DNA of 63,811 nt, filler included, from Olpidium bornovanus S191 (taxonomy: Eukaryota > Fungi > Olpidiomycota), in assembly GCA_017911155.1 (NCBI GenBank). It is 33 parts of 33 records of this genome, joined end to end, with 100 filler letters (N's around TTAATTAATTAA, not from the genome) between each part and the next. Parts side by side here need not be neighbours in the genome. Positions count along the whole stretch, not along the records: positions 23,532 to 24,943 come from JAEFCI010000243.1; positions 25,044 to 26,347 come from JAEFCI010007309.1; positions 26,448 to 28,823 come from JAEFCI010000425.1; positions 28,924 to 30,105 come from JAEFCI010012340.1; positions 30,206 to 34,327 come from JAEFCI010010866.1; positions 34,428 to 35,645 come from JAEFCI010002961.1; positions 35,746 to 37,737 come from JAEFCI010011460.1; 26 more parts are not named here. One strand, 5' to 3'. Below are positions 23,432 to 36,360 of the stretch, one piece after another; the first letter of the stretch is position 1, and each line of letters begins with the position of its first letter. The translations under genes were made by a program, and so were the position numbers. Below the pieces are notes generated by a model, which saw only the letters and a program-made list of their open reading frames with translations, ran no database searches and was not told the DNA's origin.

Positions 23432-24375
23432 NNNNNNNNNNNNNNNNNNNNNNNNNNNNNNNNNNNNNNNNNNNNTTAATTAATTAANNNNNNNNNNNNN
23501 NNNNNNNNNNNNNNNNNNNNNNNNNNNNNNNATTCCTTTCCCCTCCCCAAAACATTACACCCCGAAGCCAGGGGCACAACCGCAGATGAGATTGGCCCGT
23601 GAAGCCGAGTCAACCAGAAAGAAACTACGTGCCGAGAGAGTTCCGTCATGTTGGCCAGAATGACAGATAGCTTCCCTTCATGCCGCCGGCTGAAAGAAAA
23701 ATCAAATCTCAAATATTTCCCCTACAAAAAGAAAATCCATTGAGCAGCATTCGCGAATTCGGGCTTACCGTCGTAGAAAATCGGTCACCGGTCGCAAACT
23801 CTGACGTCGACCTCCGTCTCCGCCAAAACTCAAGCGATCTCAAATCCGTTCAATATGTTTTTAGATCTAGTTCATCTTTTCATTCGTAGTTGAAACGAAT
23901 CCAGAAATCTTGATTTTCTGAGGAGGAGACGCAGTTTACGGGCCAAAAGACGGTTAAGTTCGACTGGCCGCACCATACATCAGCTTTTCCGGGGGTGGGG
24001 AAGGAAGAGGAGAGGGAATGTTTACGACCTACGGCGCCGCGCGGGTCAAAAAATCCCGCCGCGTTTTGCAAACCGGGAAACGACGCACATAGTATTTGTT
24101 GTCTTCCTGCTGCCGCGCTCATCCTCCTTCCCCGCATCCCTCCATCCCTCCATCCTCCTCTTCCCCACCCCCCTCCCCCTTTCCTGCTGCAGAACTTTTC
24201 TCCCGCAGTTAGGGGTCGGGACACAATAGCCGAAGACGGCCCGGCCCATACGCGGGCAAGGCTCAACCTGAAGTCCGTCGGCCGGTCGCGGCCAGCACAC
24301 GCCGCTTTTGCACAATTTCGGGTTCGCGAGGACCAGGCGAAGTCATCGCAATTTTTTTTTTCTGGTTTTATTCAG

Positions 24376-24811
24376 TTACGTCGTGTCAGCGAATCGCTTC
24401 GCCGCCAGCAGCCGATAGTTACAGCTCGTGGGGCCGAAGACCTCCAGGGGGGTCCGGCCGCCCCACGTCCACCCGTAGCGCTGCGCGCTGGTGGCCGGGA
24501 ACGGGTAGGTCTGCATCGGCGGCTGCTCGTGGAGCCTGCGGTGGGTGTGCGGGTGGAGGTCCGAGTGGTAGGACGACGAGGACGAGGTCCCGTTGGCGCT
24601 GACGTAGAGGCCGCGGGCCGGCGTCGTCGGGGCCCGCTCCTCCTCCGCGGGACGCCCGGCCGCTTTCCCGGCCGACGTTGCCGGGGCGCCGCGCCGGCGC
24701 TCGTTGGCCGTCCGCCGCCGCATGATGGAGGACGAAGCCCACGACGACTCGCCCGTGTCCTCCGTGCCCGGCGTGCACACCGGCGGGTTCAGTATGCTGT
24801 AAAGTGCCCAC
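24376..24811 (-). CDS. Terminal exon of a hypothetical protein, possibly a SPMIP1/ATP6V1FNB-like axonemal microtubule inner protein
   Basis: Acceptor CCAG lies just before 24811. Reads WALYSILNPP...GLYVSANG...RRLHEQPPMQTYPFPATSAQRYGWTWGGRTPLEVFG...*; the Y-x-F-P-x-T-S-x-x-x-Y-G-W motif recalls this family. Confidence 0.4.
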
Positions 24812-24824
24812 CTGGTCGGCTGTT

Positions 24825-24859
<35 letters not shown>

Positions 24860-24872
24860 CCCCCCCCCCCGG

Positions 24873-24938
<66 letters not shown>

Positions 24939-25424
24939 GGAGANNNNNNNNNNNNNNNNNNNNNNNNNNNNNNNNNNNNNNNNNNNNTTAATTAATTAAN
25001 NNNNNNNNNNNNNNNNNNNNNNNNNNNNNNNNNNNNNNNNNNNAAAACTTGGTTTTGTATAGCTAAGATGTTTGAGATCATGCAGTCCGTCCCCGTATAC
25101 TTTTGAGTGTTTGTGGGAGGTCGTGCCGTTTTACTTCGTTTCCCCTACCCGCTCCCTTCCTCCCATGGACGGGTTTGGCATATCGGAGCTTTGGCGCTGC
25201 GGTCGGGCGGTTCGTTGGTCGCGGCCGTTGCGAATCCTCAGAAGTGTGACGGCGATGACCACTGTGGCGTGGAAAAGCTGGGGGTCACGTGATGTTTGCT
25301 GCTGGGAACCCATGCCCCGCTTGGGCTCAGCCCTCCTCGACGGTTACCCGGCCGGTTGACGGCCCCGTTCTGAGCAAACCCTTCCGCAACCCGCAGAAAG
25401 CAGTGGCGCGGAAAGGAAGCAAAC

Positions 25425-26347
<923 letters not shown>

Positions 26348-26912
26348 NNNNNNNNNNNNNNNNNNNNNNNNNNNNNNNNNNNNNNNNNNNNTTAATTAAT
26401 TAANNNNNNNNNNNNNNNNNNNNNNNNNNNNNNNNNNNNNNNNNNNNTCCCTTGACTCGCTGCGAGTGGCCGTGGTGCCGTCACGCATCGCCCAACTTCC
26501 GGGGCGCCCTCTCTCGTTATCCGCCGTTGCATAGTACGCGCGGTCGTCGTCATACGCGATCTCATGTCTCTCTGTGGGGCGTCTCAGGCGTCACCTGGAG
26601 TGCCCCGGGCATGCCTTGTGCATACCGTGGTCTCCCTTTGTCCAGGACAGCACTTGCGCTGAACTGCTGGTGATGGTAACGGCTTTCTTCCATGGTTCTT
26701 CCTCTGACCTGGAGAGGTTTTTCTTCTTCGTAGGCGGAGAGTCCGTTTGGGCTTATAACCTGTTGACTTCGGGTTAAAAAAGGAGCGGCGGAGGCTCTTC
26801 TATTCCTTGGTTCTACTCGGTTTTATAGAGAGGGATTCAGGGAAAAGTCTCCAGTCCAGGGGTTAGATGTGCGCGGTGCCATGCGTGCTTTGCCCCCCCT
26901 TTTCCTACAGCG

Positions 26913-26987
26913 AGGGCGGGCCGGCGGGGGGGAAGGGCGGGCCGGCAGGGGGGGAGGGCGGGCCGGCAGGGGGGGAGGGCGGGCGGG
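26913..26987. repeat. 21-nt G-rich tandem repeat (AGGGCGGGCCGGCAGGGGGGG), about 3.5 copies
   Basis: Units start at 26913, 26934, 26955 and 26976. Confidence 0.8.
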
Positions 26988-27402
26988 AAAACCCGGCGGT
27001 CCGCGGCGAAAGGAAAAAAAAAATGCACGAAGGAAAAAAACGCCGCGTGACGGCGCGCTCTGTCTGCCGTGGACCCGGCCCAGAGCGCGTTTGACGACGG
27101 GGAAACTTTCGCTGCCGCCGCCCCCCCCCCCCCCCTTCTTCCTCGCCGACTCGCGAACCCACCGCACTCGGCGACCCGCGAAGACGAAGGAGACCCTACC
27201 CGCTCCCCTTCAGCAGCAGGTATATGCTCAACCCGAACGACCGAGCACGCGGGTGCAGCGGACCCGTGCCTCGCCCGAACTGGTTCCCCGTTAGCCCACT
27301 TTTAGTGAAGCGGAGTCTTTGAAGCGTCTGGCGAATATCTGCGGTTGCGGAATCTCCTTGGCCCGTTCTGATTTTTTGCAGAGTTGTTTTCTGCTGTGCC
27401 CC

Positions 27403-27450
27403 CGAGAATAAATTTTCGCGAGAGTAAATTCTCGCGAGAATAAATTTTCG
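27403..27450. repeat. 16-nt tandem repeat CGAGAATAAATTTTCG x3
   Basis: Units start at 27403, 27419 and 27435; the middle unit has two substitutions. Confidence 0.8.
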
Positions 27451-28503
27451 TGCCCGTCTCCCATGTTCTTGACGTCTGGCAGTCGTTGTTGTGGGGCCTT
27501 TCTTCCAGGCAAGATAGTCCCGCCTATCTTTTTTCTCCGTTTGCTTTTGTGCTCCTTGAGAGCACAAAGTTCTCTGCGCCCGCGAGTCCTGTGGCTGAAG
27601 ACCAGCGCTTAGACGAGCCAACATCTCCGAGCGAACGTCCGGCCAGGACTTTGTACAGCACTGCCGAACGTGCCTGCCGGCATCCAGGAAACCCCTGCGA
27701 TCTCCGTCGCCCACGTCCGATCCTTCAGAACAGGTCGTGCGTTTAGCAGACTCCGGTTGAGATGCAGGTTACGGTTGCACTGGAAACGGTTGGCAAACAC
27801 GGCACTGGCGCATCTAGAGGCGCCCGACAAGCGTGTATGGAATCAGCTGCGGCGTCATCTTTCTGTGCAATCCTCATGATCTCCGCTTTCAAGTGACCTT
27901 TCAGCGAGAAAGTGTGTTGGCCGCCGGAATTCAAGCGGGACCAGATCAAGCTCAAGTCCAGCGAGGACGGCCCTGGACGGGCGCGTCGGCCTGGTGGACG
28001 GCACAGTCATCCTTCTCAGTCATCGACGTATGCGGCGTGCCCGCCGAATTGGCTGCCAAGACGAACGAAGCTGTCCGCCCGGCCGACCTACACGGTGGCG
28101 GCGGGCTCCACGTTGTCGCGGGTCACGAAGAGTGCCCGCGTGCGGCGCGCAGAACGGCAGCCTTGTTCCTCCGCGACTTTCTCGACGGTGTTTCTAGGCC
28201 GCGCGCACGGCCGTCGTCCGCGGCGCCGAATCCGGTCTGCGCCTCGTGGTCTACGTGAATGGGGAAGACGTCTGCCGGCGGCGACAGGGGGTGTATGTAT
28301 CGACCACGCGCCAGCCTCCAGGAAAGAAGCGTTCGGGCGGGCGTCGCCCGAAGCCGACACACACGCCCCGTCGGCTTTTGTCGATGGAAAATCGCCTTAT
28401 CCCTTTTTTTTTCACGTGTGTCAGGGAATGACAGGGGAGGGAACGGGGGCCCTGCGTTCGCGCGCGCACGTCGCAGGCGGGAGAAACCTCCTGTCCGCAG
28501 CAG

Positions 28504-28539
<36 letters not shown>
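28504..28539. repeat. (AAC)12 microsatellite
   Basis: Read directly from the sequence. Confidence 0.9.
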
Positions 28540-28540
<1 letters not shown>

Positions 28541-28702
28541 CGCAACACGCACACGCCACGTGCGAAAGAGGCGCGGAGCGAGCGAGCGGTTTTTTTTTTT
28601 TTTTTTTTTCCCTTGGTGCTGCTGTGTGTTTGTGTTTTGCGTTTGTGTGTTGGTTGCGAACGGGGCGCAGCAGCAGCCCGCAGCAGGAAGAGGAAAATTG
28701 AA

Positions 28703-28823
<121 letters not shown>

Positions 28824-28923
28824 NNNNNNNNNNNNNNNNNNNNNNNNNNNNNNNNNNNNNNNNNNNNTTAATTAATTAANNNNNNNNNNNNNNNNNNNNN
28901 NNNNNNNNNNNNNNNNNNNNNNN

Positions 28924-29618
28924 CATGGAGCGGTCGCCACGGAAGCTGCAGGTCCTTGTGCGTAAGATGTTCTTCTTTGCTAAAGGCGGAGAATTACTTT
29001 TGTCAACTTTTCTCTGCGACCCTCACTTTTTGTACCGCGCATTTAACGTTCACATCTGCTGACCACCACTGACCAGATTAACGTCGACGCCATATCTGAC
29101 AGTGCAAGATCGTGTCAAGCTCGTGTCTCAGACAAATTCCTTTCCTTGGCAAAATCACTGACGCGGAGCTTACCGGCAAATGTGTCGATAACGGTGGGAT
29201 CCATTCCGGGAGATACCACCAGTTCGAAGAACATCTTTCCGAAATAAGCGCGGTCTTGGCGAGACAAAGGATACTTGAGGTCTAGGTAGCTGACGACACG
29301 GTCAAGGGACGCGTTAGCACGGTCTGCGGCGTGGCGCGGATCGGTCCTCAGGGAAGCCGCGGAGTGTCCCTCCGCTCCTCTGCCGGGGCAAACCGCGATT
29401 TATACCCTGCGTGGCAGAAGGGTAAAAGGATGACCATCTCACTTTTTCAGCTGCTTTGACCAGAACGTAGCGCCGGACGTCCACTCCGCAGCAAGTACCG
29501 CGGTGGCCAGGCCGGTCTTGATGGCGATCAGCATGGCTTCCCCTTCGCGCACGAAGTTGCTCATCCGGTCGCCATCAAAGTATGGCAGGAGCGGCTTCTT
29601 GACCGCGGGAGCCGACAT
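28924..29618 (-). CDS. BLM10: Proteasome activator Blm10/PA200 (PSME4), N-terminal part
   Basis: Exons 29618-29443, 29289-29174 and two short downstream exons. Reads MSAPAVKKPLLPY...AAEWTSGATFWSKQLK|NYLDLKYPLSRQDRAYFGKMFFELVVSPGMD...|CKEEHLTHKDLQLPWRPLH, matching the PA200 LLPY, G..FW...L and DLxLPWRPL segments. An upstream exon is possible. Confidence 0.85.
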
Positions 29619-30462
29619 CTGTCCCAAAGGTGGTGTTCGTGGCTGCGTGCGGCCCTCGCGGCCGGCGACGCGAAGTGACGGAGACTATTTTACGGCGGGC
29701 AACCGTGCCTGTGGATTTCCCGTGCGTCGCGGCGTCACCCTGTTCTGTGTCCGAGCTGCAGCGCGGGCAGGGGAAACTCGCTCTCTCTCGCTCGGCGCGA
29801 GCGGGGGAGTGTAGGACGCGAAGCGCCGGAGGGAGTAACACTTCGACAATCCCAAGCCAGCTCCGGTCCACGTGATGTCACGTGAGCGTTTTTTGAAGAA
29901 AGCTTCTCCGCCCCTGATCCCCCCCTAAAGAGTTTTCGGGGTTTGAACGAGCTCTCGGGGAGCTGCTCTATTCCGCGTCTACGCTGCTTAGACCGCGTTT
30001 CACGGTTGAAACACACGTTTCAGGAGTGAAGCAGGGTGGACACAGTGTTCACTCTCCCTCTTTCTGACACCCCTTCCTAACTGGGCACACAATTTTGGGC
30101 CCATGNNNNNNNNNNNNNNNNNNNNNNNNNNNNNNNNNNNNNNNNNNNNTTAATTAATTAANNNNNNNNNNNNNNNNNNNNNNNNNNNNNNNNNNNNNNN
30201 NNNNNGGGGGGGGCCAAGAAGAGCGGAAAACAGAACACACGGACCAGCAAAGGAAATAGAAAAGGGTAAACGTGGAAACAGAGCAGAAACGACATCTCTA
30301 AGGGACTCAAGGAGTCATCTTTCAAGCGTTGATCCACGCCGATTCTGTTGCATTGTCCGGAACACGGCAAGAAATCCAAAAGTTAGCGCCCCTGCGGGAC
30401 TGATTACCAGCAGAATACATCCGGGAAAGATCAACGGGGCAAACAAGTGAATTAAATGCGTC

Positions 30463-33400
30463 CTACGCACCGACTTTCTGGGGCGCGGAGCCCCATCCCT
30501 CTTCGGCTGGGCGGCCGGTCTCACTGGGCAGATCCCAGCTATTGTTGCCGGAACAACCGCCGGCGGAGCTCGTAGATGCGGCCGCCGGGTTCGGGCGGTC
30601 CCGCCCCGGATCCTGCCGTTCGCCGCTATCGCGTGCGTCGCCCCCTTCCGCGGATTGGTGTCTGCTTTCACGGCGGTCTTGTCGCGAAGACCTATGGTGG
30701 CTTTTGCCCGGTCCGTCGTTCACCCGCTCGCCGGAACCGCATTCATCCTGCACCGCAAATGGAGATGTCGCTCTCTGCGAAGGGCGGTCCCACCCGCCAG
30801 CTCGCCTAGGTGATTCAGGTCCAGCGTCGCCCTTGATTCGGGGGGAAGTGCCCCAACCTTTCGGCGTCGGCGCCCGTTCCTTGCACGCATCCCAGGAGGG
30901 CCCAGCGTGTTCCGCGGAAACGCTCGGCTCCTCACGAGCTGAGTTGTTCCAGCATCCGCCGCCTGTCTGCGGCGGTCGATCCCCGCGGTCAGCCCGCCCT
31001 GCGCGACTGTCGCCTCGGCTGCCACCAACATCCCCACGATCGCCTCCGTACCCTCCGCCACGATCGCCTCGGTATCCTCCGCCGCGGTCACCTCGGTATC
31101 CTCCGCCGCGGTCACCTCGGTATCCTCCGCGGTCGCCCCCTAATCCTCTTCCGCGGTCGCCTGCGTAACCTCCACCACGGTCGCCTCCGTATCCCCCACC
31201 ACGGTCGCCTCCGTATCCGCCACCACGGTCGTCTCCGTACCCCCCGCCGCGGTCGCCTCCGTATCTCCCGACACGTTCGCCACCGCCACCACTACGGCCG
31301 TCGCCGCCGCTGCCACCGCCGCGTTCAGGGGCGCGATCGGGGGCGCGATCGGGGGCGCGGTCGGCGACGCGGTCGGAGACGCGGTCGGGAGCGCGGCCGG
31401 GGGCGCGGTCGGGGGCGCGGCCGGGGCCGCGGTCGGGGACGCGGTCGTGGACGCGGTCGAGGACGCGGTCGGGGGCGCGGTCGTGGACGCGGTCGGGGAC
31501 GCGGTCGTGGACGCGGTCGAGGGCGCGGTCGTGGACGCGGTCGAGGGCGCGGTCGTGGACGCGGTCGGGGACGCGGTCTTGGACAATGTCGCGACCGTAA
31601 CCTCCGCCGAAGTCCCCAAAGGAGCTCCCGGAGGCTCCTCGGTCATTTCGACTTCTGGAGTAACCGCCTTGTACAGTGATGCTTGAGTATTGTGGCTTCC
31701 CACGGTCGGTATTCCCGCGGTCTACAAATTCTCCGTTGTGGCGATTGCCACCTCGGGCGGATATGCCACTTGAGTCTCGGTCGCGGCCGCGTTCGGCAAA
31801 ACCGCTGCAGCATCTGTCGGAATAGCCACGGTCGTCGGTTTGGTCGGGCAAGCCGCGGCCGGCCCCTCGGTCAAAATAGCCGCGGTCGGCGCCTTGGTCT
31901 GGCAAGCCGCGGCCGCCACCTCGGTCGAAATAACCGCGATCACCTCCGCGTTCCGAGCAGCCTCGATCGTCATCGCGGCCAGGGTAGCCTCTGCCGCCTC
32001 CACGTCCTGAATACCCGCCTTCGCTGCCACGGTCCAGATTGCCACCAGGCCCACGCTTATGGGGCCCATCCGAAAATCCTGCACCACGGCGGTCCACAAA
32101 GCCACCGCGCTCGCTTCGGACATCGGAAAACTCGAGGGCACCGCGGTCGCCGCCACGGTCAGCGTACCCGGAAGGGCGTTCGCCACCGCGATCAGAAAAA
32201 CCACCGCCATATCGACCGCTGTTGCCGTATCCGCCGCCGCGATCACCGGATCCGGCAGCTCCACCGTAGTCGTCGTAGGCCCCACGGCCGTTGCGTCCAC
32301 CAACTCCGCCGCCAAGGTTGCCGTACCCGCCGATTCCACCATTACGGTCGCCGGATCCACCATAACCGCGGTCTGTCCCCCGGTCGTTGTAGGCCGGGCC
32401 GCGACCCGCGTATCCACGATCAACTCTGCCGATCGAACTTTCCTGGCCGCCGTTGTGTGCATTATCGGCCAATCCCGCCCGCCCTGCCGGACGAGCGCTG
32501 ATATCGTTGTATCCGCCGACACTGCGTCTCGGGGATGGATCCAGGTGCCGACCACTGTGGGCGCTCGGGTAACCTCCGCGCCGCGGACTAAGTGATCTGC
32601 GCGGGTTGCTGCGTTGCCTGAACGCAAAAGCGACCGGATGAGATTGTCAGCTTGGCCGACTCTGTCGCGAGCAGTTATAAAAATCGTAGGCCCAGGAAGA
32701 CGTACCGTGATGGGGCAGGCGACCGCCGGTCGGTATGGTCTGGACTTCTGCGTCCTAGAAATGCGAAACCGTGGTAATAAGTCAGAACGAAAAATTCCGC
32801 AAAGTGTTCAGTACGCGCCATTGAGACGTACGTCCACCACTGCCGTTGACATTAGCTTCCGGACCAGCCGCGCCGGTTTGGTCTTCCCATCCTCCGCCGC
32901 CCCTGCCGCCCCTGCCGCCCCCGCCGTCCCAACCTCCGTCTCCCCCGTCCCTGCCTCCGCCCCCGGCCGAGTTGCCTGATTTTCCTTTGCCCCACTCGAC
33001 AATGATCCGCGAGCTTCCCAGCCGCGCGCCGTTGAATTCCCTCAGAGCCTCGTCAGCGTTTCGCGCATCTTCGTATTCGATAAAGGCGTAGCCTACGGAA
33101 CCAAGCAGCATTCAGCAAGCCGTGAGTCTCAACGCAGATATCATATAGCGAAGAGCGCCGACGACGTTATACGAGAAACAGGGTTGCACGCGCGTATCGC
33201 AAACATAACAAAAAAGAAGATATAAATCGCGCAAGATGGAATCCTCCACGGGAGTTGGCAGAAGGCAAAACAGAGACGGACGGTTGGAGTGCGCCATTTG
33301 TGCCTTCGGGGAACAGCCGGCGTTTGGGCCTCACCAAACTGCGCGCCGCGCTAATTCCCGCGGCAGTAGACCCAGAGATAATTTCCGGAGGCGGTGAGAT

Positions 33401-33545
33401 CGAGGACACATAACGTTCGCGCGTAAATATATCAACGGCTCCGCACCTTCAAGTCGCACCGCGAGACCTTCCCGAACTTTGAAAACAGCTGCTCCAATTC
33501 ATCCCTGTTTGTTTCGGGAGCAACACGGCCGACGAAGAGCGCCAT
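30463..33545 (-). CDS. SR/Npl3-like RRM RNA-binding protein with a very long RG/DR-rich low-complexity tail (about 859 aa, complete)
   Basis: Exons 33545-33447, 33350-33335 (16 nt), 33092-32832, 32754-32706 and 32617-30463, all phase-compatible. RRM: ALFVGRV...GKVSRCDLK|RGAQFG|[15 protein letters not shown]...[11 protein letters not shown] motifs and DRGGGYGG / DRVHDRAP repeats follow. Confidence 0.88.
31060..31580 (-). repeat. Coding 24-nt and 12-nt tandem repeats (DRGGGY[GR]G; DRVHDR[AV][PL]; DRAP)
   Basis: Plus strand shows CCTCGGTATCCTCCGCCGCGGTCA units near 31060-31270 and GCGGTCGTGGACGCGGTCGAGGGC-type units near 31325-31580. Confidence 0.9.
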
Positions 33546-34162
33546 GTCCGTTGACAAGAGGTGTTCCAGAGTCGACCGGAAAGCGTGCGCGGCCGGTCGC
33601 GGCGGAGCGGCGGGGAATTGTCCGCCGCTTTTGCACGCAGCACTTGTTCGTTCGCAAGAGCCCTTTCGATACGCCGCCAGGGACATGGTAGTCAGTCGGT
33701 CGGGCCGCTCAAAGCGGGATGGGGAGAAACGGCGCCGAGCATCTTAGAAGCCCCCGGCGCGCGAGCTGCGCACAGGGCTAACCTGCGCCTCTTCGATTGG
33801 CTCCCCTCCTTATTGGCTTCGCTCTCGCAGGCTCGTCACCCAACCGCCGTCCCAAGCCGCCCACCTCCTCCTCCTTCTCCCCTCTCCATTCGCTCCCGCG
33901 TCTTCGCTTCCACAACGGGCCCGCCAGCCCCGCAGCTCCAGGGAGTACGCCCGCGAACGCTCACCTTTTGGCCGCCCGACCAAAGCAAGGTTCGTTCACG
34001 CCGGGGGCGGTGCGCAGGGACGCGTTCGCGCGGGTAGTGGACGTTGGAAACGGCCGATGTTTTTGCTGAGAAAAACCGCAAAACAAAAAAAAAAAAAAGA
34101 AAAAAAAAAAAAAAGGCCAGGGGGGGGGGGGGGGGGGGCGGGGGGGGGGGAAGGGGGGGGGG

Positions 34163-34218
<56 letters not shown>

Positions 34219-34427
34219 AAAAAAAATTGTAAAAAAAAAGAAAAAAAAAAAGGCGCAAGTCGTGTCTCCTTGGCCGCAGTTCTGTCAAACTTCTCGTGTG
34301 GGTGCGGGAGTTTCGCACACTTTTTGANNNNNNNNNNNNNNNNNNNNNNNNNNNNNNNNNNNNNNNNNNNNTTAATTAATTAANNNNNNNNNNNNNNNNN
34401 NNNNNNNNNNNNNNNNNNNNNNNNNNN

Positions 34428-35400
34428 CATGGGCGGTTTAGTCGGAGTGCCCCTGATTAGAAAACTGAGGGATAATAATTCGGTCTGCGCACTCGAGATT
34501 TTGGACAGTGTGCACGTTAATTCCCCCTTTTGATCGGGGTTCGGGTTGACGTGTCTCCCTTCTCTAAATTTTTGTGTTACAGTACTCAGGAAAGGAAAAC
34601 CGACACCTCGCCCTCTCCCTGAAAGGTCTCTTCACACTTCCCCCCACGAACCCCCCCTTTCGCACCACAACGCCCACAAAACCTCCACCAACCTCGTCGT
34701 CGAACCCCCGCGAGCGGCTCGCCGAACCTACGTTCGCTCCGCCATTTGTTGTCATTGCTGCTCCCCGTTCGACCGTTGTATACAGAAATTTTTTTTAGCG
34801 GCGTGAGGGTTCGTCCCAACAATTTCCAGTTGAACAGAAGACCCCGGCGGACTGAACCACTGCCGTACTCATCTTCAGTAGTCTTATTTTCTTCATAAAA
34901 CGGCTCTGCCAGAATATACTTACTTGCCCCATCAGCTTGTTGACGCCTAGGGCAAGCGATGCATTCTCACTGGGTTCCAGCTTGAATAGCATTTCCATCT
35001 TGCTTGGTGAAATCCGTGAGAGCCTTGGTTTCTCCTGTGCCTGTGAACTGAGGCATAGAGGGAAGCAGTTTTCTGACCACGGAGTCTGGGACTTTGTCAC
35101 GGTAGGTGTTCTGACTGTCGCGCACTTGGGGGTTCGCGGCCTTGTGGTTCCATTTTTTCCGAGGTGTCGACGAGCTCTTCTATGATGTTCTGGTATTCCT
35201 GCATCCCTTGGGCCATTGCTGTCTTCTCCGCTTGAGGAGCGGCCAGCTCTCGTTCAAATTCCTTATTCTCGCGTCAACGTTTGCGTCGCCGCAGCAGTCC
35301 CTTTTGGAGTTTCCTCTTTGGGCGAGAGCTCGTTAGAGCTTGATGGAGTCTACAATTTGCTACTGCTTGGCGTTTTTTAGATTTGGACTTGACGGAGGTA
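34428..35400 (-). mobile_element. Degenerate LTR-retrotransposon gag(-protease)-like relic
   Basis: Frameshifted pieces: a coiled-coil ENKEFERELAAPQ, then KVPDSVVRKLLPSMPQFTGTGETKALTDFTKQ / MEMLFKLEPSENASLALGVNKLMGQVSIFW (gag-like PxFxG...LxG...W). Ends in FLIRGTPTK, resembling a protease start. Confidence 0.42.
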
Positions 35401-35478
35401 CTCCGTCCGTGTGAGCCGGTCAGTTTGGCGTTCACGGTCGCCCCCAAAAAACCTCTGCTCCTTGTTACGTTTGCGCGC

Positions 35479-35523
<45 letters not shown>

Positions 35524-35564
35524 GAAAAGCCAAGCGGGGGGCTTCCGGGGGGAAACTTCACCCC

Positions 35565-35638
<74 letters not shown>

Positions 35639-36360
35639 ACCCCCCNNNNNNNNNNNNNNNNNNNNNNNNNNNNNNNNNNNNNNNNNNNNTTAATTAATTA
35701 ANNNNNNNNNNNNNNNNNNNNNNNNNNNNNNNNNNNNNNNNNNNNAGGTGAACAGCTAACGGGAGTGCCGGCCTGCTGCCAAATGCGAGACGGTTCTCGC
35801 AAGGGAAGAGGGCCGGCGCGCTCCCGGGCGGTCGGCCTTGGGACTGCTTACATAATGGAGCAGTGGTTTCGCGGCGCACCGCGTGCGGCCACTCCACCAA
35901 CGTGAACGAAAGCGGGAAAACAGCAACTCTGACCTTTGACGTGTCTCATGGGAGGAGCCGGAGGCAGGGAGCGCGGTCGAGAGCGGCGTTCCAGAATGAG
36001 AAACGAGCTTCGAACTTGGCGTTTTGGTTTTGCGGGAGAGGCTGAAGGCAGGGAGCGCAGGCGAGAGCGAGAATGACGGGCGAGTTTCGAACGTGGTAAA
36101 CAAAACCGCTGTGTGGGGTGGGCGTTGGGGGGGGCAGCGCGATTTCCCGGAAACGGCTGCACTGGGCGGAAGAGGCGGCCAGGAGGTCTCTCGGGTAAAA
36201 CACAAAAGAGGACAACTCCGGCGCCGCTTCGGTCCCCCCTGCATCCCCAAAACTGCGAGAACAGAGGGCGACGCCGGCCCCGCCCGGTCCCCCGCCCGGT
36301 CCCCCGGCGTCCCAAATCACCAAATATGGCGCCCAAAACGTACCTGGCGTCTCTCCTTGG

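Noticed and set aside
31140-31703. Antifreeze/mucin-like Ala-Thr repeat ORFs
   Set aside because: These are alternative-frame or antisense shadows of the DR/RG repeats in the SR-like gene.
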